Assembly (NCBI RefSeq): GCF_009914755.1
Contig: NC_060936.1
Length of the DNA: 64,000 nt
Source of the DNA: the human T2T-CHM13v2.0 reference genome, Homo sapiens
Strand: one strand, 5' to 3'
Shown here: in pieces, positions 53,989-64,000 of the stretch
Layout of the letters: every line of letters begins with the position of its first letter
Numbering within the stretch: the stretch's first letter is position 1
Notes under the pieces: generated by a model
Database searches by the model: none
The model's input: the letters and a program-made list of their open reading frames with translations, nothing else
Told to the model about the DNA's origin: nothing
Position numbers and translations under genes: made by a program

Positions 53989-54733
53989 ATACTTTCATTA
54001 TCACTTGTTTTGAGTGGTATAATAATGATTTATTTGTCTTTCTCATTGGAGTCCATTCACTTCTACCTTCAGTACATAGGACAGGGTTTAGCAAAGATAT
54101 GGTTCTTCATTGGCAGAACAGCTACAAGGGCCAACTCTATCATCAAAGACCATCAGGTAGAAAAGTAAAAACTGAAAACTAGACCGCCTGTATGCAAGTA
54201 TTATATCCACACTATAGGCTAAGAATGTGCAGACACCTACCCATATCTCAGTATTCCACCTTTCCAAAAACAGAGTACCAAAAACTATGATGGATACTAG
54301 GAAATAAAAATGTCAATATAGCTATCCGTGAGCTCACTGAATTTTACTTCCTAAAGCAGATAGAAATGTTGCCTGGAATTTCACTGGTTTATTTAAATTG
54401 TGGAGAAAAGGCAATGGTAATATGCAAAGTAAGAGAAAAGAGAAAAAAAAAACTGAAAAGTAGATAAAAAGACATAGGGAGGAGAAGATGAACTGAAGAT
54501 AGTAGATTTATACCTATCCCATCCAACTCCGGTGGCAGAAATGTGTTGGCCTCTGCTACTGATACTAGTCACAGGGGCATATGACTTTTGTTTTCAACAG
54601 ACCTTGTTTTTCAGAGCAGTTATAAGTTCACAGCAAAATTGAGAGGCAGGTACAGAGATTTCTCATACATCCCCTTCCCCACACATACACAGCCCTCCTC
54701 CTTATCACCATCCCCCACCAGAGGGTTAATGTG

Positions 54734-55093
54734 TGTATTAGTCCATTCTCGCCTGCAAATAAAGACACACCCAAACTGGGTAATTTATAAAGTACAGAGG
54801 TTCAATTGATTCACAGTTATGCAGGGTTGGGTAGGCCTCAGGAAACTTACAACCATAGCAGAAGGGGAAGCAAACACGATGGAGAGGTGCTGAGCAAAAG
54901 GGTTGGAAAAGCCCCTAATAAAACCATTAGATCTTGTGATAACTCACTTACCATCACGAGAACAGCATGAGAGTAACCGCCCCCATGATTCAATTACCTT
55001 CCACCAGGTCCCTCCCTCGCACAACACATGGGGATTATGGGAACTACAATTCAAGAAGAGATTTGGGTGGGGACACAGAGCCAAACTATATCC
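54734..55093 (-). mobile_element. THE1(D-like) solo LTR
   Basis: tgtattagtccattctc...gggacacagagccaaactatatc; TSD atgtg/atttg. Confidence 0.9.
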
Positions 55094-55499
55094 ATTTGTT
55101 ACAACTGAGGAACCTATCTCTACATATCATTATCACCCAAAGTCCAAAGTTGGCATTAGGGTTCACACTTGGTGTTACACATTTTATGGGTTTGAACAAA
55201 TGTACAATGACAATGTACCCACTGTTACCATATCATACAGAGTAGATTCCCTGCCCTAAAAAGCCTCTGTGCTCTGCCCATCTCTCCCCAACCCAATTCC
55301 TGGAAACCACTGACATTTCTACTGTCTCCGAGGTTTTGTCTTTTGCAAAATGTTCTACAGTTGAAATCTTACAGCATGTAGTCTTTTCTAATGGCCTTCT
55401 TTCCCTTGGTACATTTTTTCTTTTGTAAGTTTTCCTCCATGTCTTTTCAGGGCCTGATAGCTCCCTTATTTTTTGCACTGAATAATATTCCATTGCCTG

Positions 55500-56089
55500 A
55501 CTTCTCAACAGAAGACATTTATGTGGCCAAGAAACATATGAAAAAAAGTTCATCATCACTGGTCATTAGAGAAATGCAAATCAAAACCACAATGAGATAC
55601 TATCTCACACCAGTTAGAATGGCAATCATTAAAAAGTCTGGAAACAACAGGTGCTGGAGAGGATATGGAGAAAAAGGAACACTTTTACACTGTTGGTGGG
55701 AGTGTAAATTAGTTCAACCATTGTGGAAGCCAGTGTGGCAATTCCTCAAGGATCTAGAACCAGAAATACCATTTGACCCAGCAATCCCATTACTGCGTAT
55801 ATACCCAAAGGACTATAAATCATTCTACTATAAAGACACATGCACACATATATTTACTGCAGCACTATTTACAATAGCAAAGACTTGGAACCAACCCAAA
55901 TGCCCATCACTGATACACTGGATAAAGAAAATGTGGCACATATACACCAAGGAATACTATGCAGCCATAAAAAATGAGTTCATGTCCTTTGCAGGGACAT
56001 GGATGAAGCTGGAAATCATTATTCTCAGCAAACTAACACAGGAACAGAAAACCAAACACTGCATGTTCTCACTCATAAGTGGGAGTTGA
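55500..56089 (+). pseudogene. L1 ORF2p C-terminal fragment, open frame, broken CCHC knuckle
   Basis: [12 protein letters not shown]...[11 protein letters not shown]...[18 protein letters not shown]...MFSLISGS; second Cys replaced by Tyr. Confidence 0.92.
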
Positions 56090-56323
56090 ACAATGAGAAC
56101 ACATGGACACAAGGAGGGGAACATCACACACCAGGGCCCGTCGAGGGGTTGGGGGTAAGGGGGAAGGAGAGCACTAGGAAAAAAACCTACTGCACGTGAG
56201 GCTTAAAACCCAGATGATGGGTTGATAGGTGCAGCAACCCACCATGGCAGACGTATACCTGTGTTACAAACCTGCACGTTCAGCACATGTATCCCAGAAC
56301 TTAAAGTAAAATTAAAAATATAT
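55500..56323 (+). mobile_element. 5'-truncated L1PA (PA7/8-like)
   Basis: ORF2 3' end plus 3'UTR; 15-bp TSD atattccattg(c/t)ctg (55485-55499/56324-56338). Confidence 0.95.
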
Positions 56324-57564
56324 ATATTCCATTGTCTGGATGCACCACAGTTTATTTATTTATTTACCTACTGAAGGATATCTTGGTTGCTTCCAAGTTT
56401 GGGCATTTATGAATAAAGGTGCTATAAACATCCCGGTGCAGGTTATTTGTGGACATAAGTTTTCAACTCCTTTGGCTAAATGCCAAGGAGCACGAGCGTT
56501 GGATCCTACAGCAGCTTAGGTCATTTTTAATTCAGAACACTACAGATGTCATCATTTCCAGACCTGACCCAACTTTCCAGCCTCTGGTAATTGTTTTCAG
56601 TTGAATTAGAGAAGAAAAGATGCTTTCAAATCACTGTAATGCACCTAACCAATTGGAAAATGGCATCATGGAAGAAACTCCTTCCCCTCATGCCTGAAGC
56701 ATTATCATACTTAGATACTGAAGCATGAGATTTAATTATCATTATCGTTATCTAAGCTTGACTAGCTTCAAATGAATTCCAAGTTCCAGTTCCAGAGACC
56801 CAGCTAAGACACAAAATTAAGACGCTATTAGCAGACTTAATATTCAACAATACAAATGCATACCTTACTAAGAAAATAGTTTAATTAAAATAGCCTTGGC
56901 CTTGAGAGAAGGGGCAGTGAACAAGAGGAGATGCAAGATACTTATTTAGAACCTCTTTCCCACTTTAGTAATCTCTCAGTATGCTAATTTTAGTATTTTC
57001 CTGTTCATTGTATAGATATGCATAAAAGTAAGTCACTTACCCTTAAAAATATACTAGTGATATAAATCTGAGACACCTTCGATTTGGCTCATTTTTAAAT
57101 GTTCTCATCATTGTTCCGGTTTCAGATTTTTTTGTCATGTATTTTGTAGTTTGTGTTCTCCTGTGTGACACCCAAAAACCCATCAGTGTGCCACCAAATG
57201 CTTGGGACATGACGGGCATGGTTATCAAACTGATGTGCACTTGTGGGGACATTAGTTTTACCACGGTATTGTAGATTGGCTCATTACTGACTCATGTCTA
57301 AAAGATATATATACAAAACACAAAGGAAGAGGCAACTTATTCTCTGGAGAACACCCATGCACCCTACTTTAAATCTCTCACGTTATATGGAAGTTCTATC
57401 ATCTCTCTCACATCCAGGAAAAAATGGTCTCGTCTGATCTTATATTCTCCTGAATAGTACTTGAATGACACTTGCATCCAGCACTAGAAAATCATACATC
57501 AGTTCCCCTTGGAATGATCTTATGCCCCACAAGCAGCCTTTAAATTATTATGGGAAATTAGGCA

Positions 57565-57594
57565 TTATATATATATATATATATACACACACAC

Positions 57595-57629
<35 letters not shown>

Positions 57630-57658
57630 AATATACATATACATATATATATATATAT
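57565..57658. repeat. (TA)n(CA)n compound microsatellite
   Basis: Alternating TA and CA tracts. Confidence 0.95.
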
Positions 57659-59077
57659 TTGTAGATAGAAAGTGTGCTGATGAGCAAATATTCATGTGGA
57701 AACCTTGACAGTCATTTTTTCCATTGTAAATTAATAAACTGGCAATGGCGTTTCTCATACATCATTTTTTTCATGGGTCAGAGTTGTGGTTTGCAGTTAA
57801 CAGCAGCTATATTGCAAGGGACAAGTAAACAAGCTTAGATTCCACAAAGCCAGAAACAATGCAGCCAAGAAAACAGCCAGGAACCTGGCTCAGCCGCCCC
57901 ATAGAGCTGCTCCAGCTGCAACTCCCCTGCTGTACTGTGGCCTCCAGGGTGGCTGTGTATGCTAGAGAATTAACAATCAACATACCATTGAGGTGGAACA
58001 AGAACTTGAACCCTCAGCTACTGTGCTTACTAAAATCAAAAAACAAAAATAAAACAAAAAAGACACTTTCTCTGCACAGTGTATCCTTCACTGGGATGGT
58101 GCTCACATCTCTCCCTGGGTCTTCACAGGGGTGCCTTCAGGGTAGAACAGTACCTCGATTCTAGATGGAACCCTAGCTGTGATAGTCTTCGGGAAATGTC
58201 ATTTTAGTTTCCATCCACTCTAGTTCAGAAAGCTTCAAAGGGGCTTGGGGCAATTGTTGATCGAGCCGGTCCACAGACTCCACAGTCTTCCTTGAGTAGG
58301 GCTTGGGGAAATTGACAAAAGATACATGAGGGGTATCTAGGTCTGTCATATGTATGTAGGTAGAGAGTCCCTAAGTTAGCTCAGAGTCTGCCGCAGCCCC
58401 GGAGCCACACAGAGAAGCAGCTAAGATCTCTTGCATCCCTGAGATGGTGTGGGCGAGCTCAGTGAGAGAGAGACCTGGCAAGTAACGTAGCAACGATAAG
58501 GCTCTGATGTGAGCAGGCAGACAGCTGAGGACCAGGCTGGACAAGATGAACCAGTGACCACACCAAGGTCATCCTCCATCACTCCAACCCCAATACAGGC
58601 ACTACAGAAAACACCTGAAACTTAGAAGCAACTTTTGGGAAGGATAGGGAGAACTCAGAACTAACAAAAAGACACTAAGTTACTTGTAACTGAGATAATT
58701 TTCTGCCCACTTGGGTAGAAAGTGGGCGGCAAGAAAAAAAGTTACATTAAATTGGAGGGAATAAAAACTACATATCTTAAACATCTGAGTATATTATCTG
58801 ATTCAAGAACTCTCTACCAAAATGCTTGTTATATGATGTAACTCTCAAAATGCTACCTGATTCTAAAGAATGCATTTGCTCATAGAACAGTGAGAGGTGG
58901 CAGGTGCATTGTTCATTCTCTTGGATTTCCAAAGAACATTTATTATGCTTTTCTGCAATTGTTACTTTCCTTGTCTATCTTGGAAATGAAGAAACTGTGT
59001 TCTCATCTCTGTGTCTCCACTGCTTAGTTTCTTTTTCTTTCTTTCTTTCTTTCTTTTTTTTTTTTGAATAGTCACTC

Positions 59078-59648
59078 TGCAATTGGGGAGGGTCGCAAGA
59101 TTACCTTGTTCAACAATTTGTTAGAAGAACTCACAGAATGTGGCAAAGCTGGTATCCTCACCATCACAGTTTATTATAGCGAAATGATACCGATTAAAAT
59201 CAGCAACAAGAAAGAAAAGGTGCTTAGGGTAGGATCTCTGGGAGCCTGGGTGTAGAACTTCCAGTTCTCTCCCAGTGGGTCACGCAGAGTGGGCTCATTC
59301 CTCGCAGCAAAAACCTGCGATCGCATGCACAGAGTACTGCTAACTGGGGAAACCCCTCTGGAGCTTGGCATGCAGAATTCCTACGAAGGGTTGCTCCCAC
59401 GGTCAGGGCTGACCACCTGCAAGGCTGACCTCAACCTCTAGCTCCTCCAGAGATGAGTCAATGTTGGGTGGATCAAGCCTCCACTATAAATTCATTTTTA
59501 GCATAGACTATCTGTCTTGGCCCAAGGTCTCCAGATAAACAAAGACACTCTTACAGGCAGGAAATTCCAAGGGCTTAGAGGCTACCACCCAGGAGGCCAG
59601 ACAAAGGGCCAAGCCTTTTTCTGGTGCAGTTAACCCTTGACTGCACAC
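59078..59648 (-). mobile_element. MER21/MER77-family ERVL LTR (truncated)
   Basis: gaactcacagaa...gtttattatagcgaaatgataccgattaaaatcagc; gaaattccaagggcttagagg; gttaacccttgactgcaca end. Confidence 0.7.
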
Positions 59649-60798
59649 ACTGAGTGTTCATTCAATAAATAGAATGACCGACTACAGGATGAATAGATGA
59701 ACAGAGACCAATTCCAAAATGAAGACGTATTTTTAAATGCCTTTTTCTGTGTTTTGGAGTACCTGTAGATTTCATACCAGCTTTCCCCCACTACCCTCTA
59801 AGATATAGAGGCTGCTTGCTGAGTTTCTCATGGCATAAATCCAGCTTTTAATTCCACCCATCAACTTATAGCATACTTTTCAAGCCCAGAATCACTATTG
59901 CTCAAGTGTATTGTACCAGATAATCACACTCAGCCCCCAGTGAATGTGCTGACTGCGGCGGGGGAGGAGCCGACAGATCAGCGTTGTTTCTGTGGAGTCT
60001 GTGAAATATTGATTGCTGTGGGGGAAAAACAGATAACACATTGCAAGAAGAATAGAATAATCACCCACAAACCCCTGGCTTTTAAACTAAAATCACTGTG
60101 AAGGAACAGCGAAGTGTGTTTTAAGGAGTTTTATCTACCCCTCTTCATCCTGAAGCAGCAGAAATAAGAACTCTGATGTTTACTCACTTGAAGTGCACTG
60201 GCTTTTCAATTAACGGACCAGAAGAGTTTGCAAAGACTATCAAAATACCAACTTTTCTGCAGGGAGTGAGCTGTGATGCCCAGACTAGGAGACAGACACT
60301 CTCCCTTTAGAAGCCCAACCTAATTTCAGTCTGGACTAGGACTTGTTGCTGTTTTCAGTCTGCAAAAATGAGGCCTAACTATGTAGATGATGAATGAAGG
60401 TTCGGTTGTCACTAAAAAGGGTACCAAGGCTCTGAGACAGGTCAGAGCTTAGACAACCAAAGCTCCTATTTGGCAAATATCTGACACTGTTGATGAGAGA
60501 CTGGCTTGCTCGCTGGATGGAAATGCAGTCAATTTTCTTCTGAAACCTCTAAGCATTCTCCTTGATATCCACTGTTTCTGAAAAAATCATGTCGCGTTTA
60601 CAGCTAAGAAAGAACCTACATATTCCGTAGAAAAGCAGGTAGCCTCTTTTAATGGGTAAGCCCAAAATATCAAAGTTGATGAAGCCATCAGCTCCGGCCT
60701 TTCTCCGTCTGTCATGCTTAGCATCCTCATTTCTTCCTATTCTACAATTACCAAACAAACCTCCTCCTGATTTGGCTGCCAAGGAACCTATAAGAACA

Positions 60799-61302
<504 letters not shown>

Positions 61303-61971
61303 TCTGAAAGAGTCATCAACATATCACGAGAAAGAAAATTCTACCCTTCTTAGAGTAGGACATAGTGCTACATAGAGTCTTGCCAAGGACTCATCCCATC
61401 CTTTAAAAACCCCCGTGGCATGGTTGGCATCCCAAAAGAGACAAAGGCCTCTTAAAAAGCGACAGGAAAACTGACAATGACGCAATGCCTGGGAAGTCAA
61501 TCCTGGTCATTAGCAAGGCTTGGACTCAGCCTTGATCAAATCTTGATCAAACCAGGGAAAGGGCTGGTGCTCTCCCAACTGCAAATGCTGGGCTGGCAGG
61601 TGAGTGTTTAAGCCAAGGTTCAGCACTACGTTGTTCATGCTCTGGTCCAGACACTGGACAAGGGCCAGTGTCTCCTCATCCCACGAAGAGGTCGGGCCCC
61701 TCTTCCCCAGTCAGATGCCCGCCTTTCTGAGCTCTGTATGCTGCCCTGGACAGCAACGTGGAACGGAAACCACACCCCTGTTACCACGTGGATCTGCCAG
61801 TAAAAACCCAATATGATTAAAGACACAGACCAGGGCCTCAGGGAACACACTCCCCACTGGGGGTTTATCCCTCAAGCCTTGTCCTAGAAAGGGGCGTGGT
61901 CTACATACAGCTCATGACAACAGTGACATCCTCTCTCCTTTAGGACTAAATAAAGTGAAAAGAGAGGGGAA

Positions 61972-62278
<307 letters not shown>

Positions 62279-63129
62279 GAGAGACAGAGAGAGAGGGAAA
62301 AGCAGTACATTATTGAATTGATTGAATTGACACGTGCATTATACATTCTTCTATCTTAAACCCTGTACCCCAATCTCCCTAAATAGCTTCAACAACTATA
62401 TTCCCTAATATATTAAAGAGTCAATTTCCTGTTCTAACATAGGAGCTTCACTTCTACTTTCATCTTGATCACCTACTTCCATAAAGCATTAAAACAACTC
62501 AAAATACTGGAGTTTCTTTTTCTAGAAGTCTGGCTCATTCTCGTGGGGTTGGGTTTCTGTTGAAGGTACTCTGAGAAACCACCGTCCAGCCAACTGGCTG
62601 GGAGGAAGTAGCCCAGATTGCTTGCATAGAGCCACGTCCAGCATCACTTAAATCGTCAGATTTATGAATATGTGGGCTCTATTCCTTGAATTACAAGCAA
62701 GTAAGTAATTGATGATGTTAACATAAAAAAAAAAAACTTTAGAAGGCTGCTCTCTTCTTCCTTAAGTGAATTACGAACTTGTTCCTAGGACATATTAGGA
62801 AGTAAACAGCATATAATCGCAGGGATTTACAGGGCAATTAGGTTAAGCACTGCAAAAGTGCATTAGTCTGACACTGCACAAACATTCTGATAACAGACAG
62901 ATCAAGGCACTGGTCCAAATTGCTCCCCAGAGGGAAGCGTGCATTCACCTAGATCAGGCAGAACCATAATATTCATCAATCCCCAAACTCATGATCTCAG
63001 CTGCACCCCAGGAATCCAAAAAAATCTATGGCAGAATTCAAACCAGGATTGCTTGAGAAACATTAGACGCCTGCTTGCCTCACTGCCTTCCTTTCTTTTT
63101 CTTCCCTTCTTTATTTTTATTTTTGCATT

Positions 63130-63285
63130 TACCATGTGTCAGACCCTATCCGAAGCTCTCTCCACATAGTTTAATACTTAGAACATCCTATGAGGTAGGT
63201 ACTGTAGTGTCTAGATTTTACTTTTAAGAAAACGAAGACATGGAAAGGGGACCTAACTTTCTTTAGCGAGATCAGCTAACTAGTG
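63130..63285 (-). mobile_element. MIR remnant
   Basis: ttaccatgtgtcagaccct...aacatcctatgaggtaggtact...agattttac. Confidence 0.65.
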
Positions 63286-64000
63286 TATTTTTCATGGTAA
63301 TTAACACTAGCTACCCTCAGTTTGCATGCGGATTCTGTCATTTGGGAAGAATTCCCTTATCTGTAAATGTCCACAGCTCTTGGCATTTTGAAAGGTTCTT
63401 CCTTTTGCTGTGATCCTCCTTGTCTACAACTGAAATGGGGGTTGTGGATATTTTTCCCAGTTACTTCCTTACTCATGGAAGCTTGGGGGCCCAAGGCATA
63501 TTTTAAGTGTAAGTAGCTTAGCACAACAAACTTTTTCACTTAGAAGTCCAATGGACGTTGACTGGGGCTCTCCTCCATCCAGTGACTTAAGGATCCAGGC
63601 TCCCTCTACCTTGTAATGCCACCATCTCAACACAGGGCTTCCAGGTTCACTCCATCATGGGAGGACAGGAATGGAGGAGGCACCCTGATACTGAAGTGCC
63701 TTGAACTAGAGATAATTCATCATTGATGCTCACATTTCCATCCGCTACAATGTCATCTTGTGGCCTCAGCCCAATTGTAGGGAAAGTCTGGAGATGTAGG
63801 GGAGCACAGGGCTATTGGATGAGCATAAACCCTCAGCAAAGACTGTCTTCCAGCCCCTTCCCACACATTGAGGAATACACTTAACAGCTCCCATTCTGTT
63901 CCCACTAAGAGAAACATCCCCAAGTCTCATGCTCTCACTCCATCCAGCTCACAACGCAGACACTGGGCCGTGGCCGGTCGCAGTACCCTATGGAGGTGTG

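Larger units (their letters stand above)
54588..56505 (-). mobile_element. L1MC1-like 3' fragment interrupted by THE1 and L1PA
   Basis: gagcagttataagttcacagcaaaattgag...gtacagagatttc; catatcattatcacccaaagtcc; resumes gcaccacagtttattt...cttggttgcttcc. Confidence 0.8.

Overview
Primate (human-like) non-coding DNA, intergenic or deep intronic. I cannot support any cellular protein-coding gene, RNA gene or CRISPR array, and I cannot name the locus. Roughly half is interspersed repeats: about 11 Alus, L1 3' fragments, MaLR/ERVL/ERV1 LTRs, DNA transposons (near full-length Tigger1, a Tigger2 derivative, Charlie1, MER2, MER5A, MER63, MER102, MADE1), MIR/L2 remnants and microsatellites. The only recognisable protein remnants are an L1 ORF2p C-terminus and a frameshifted Tigger1 transposase. 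The most interesting signal is one a repeat masker would hide: several locally templated insertions, where DNA from 0.5-1.1 kb downstream was copied upstream. These are a ~445-bp inverted copy splitting a MER2 (48664-49109 vs 49561-50002), a 175-bp inverted copy (27433-27607 vs 28658-28832), a direct copy of an LTR end plus flank inside Tigger2 (29304-29421 vs 30313-30372) and an ambiguous fourth case (17681-17924). There are also a 263-bp tandem duplication across an LTR junction and many small tandem duplications. Repeat subfamily names come from remembered consensus sequences, not a RepeatMasker run, and identities are hand counts.
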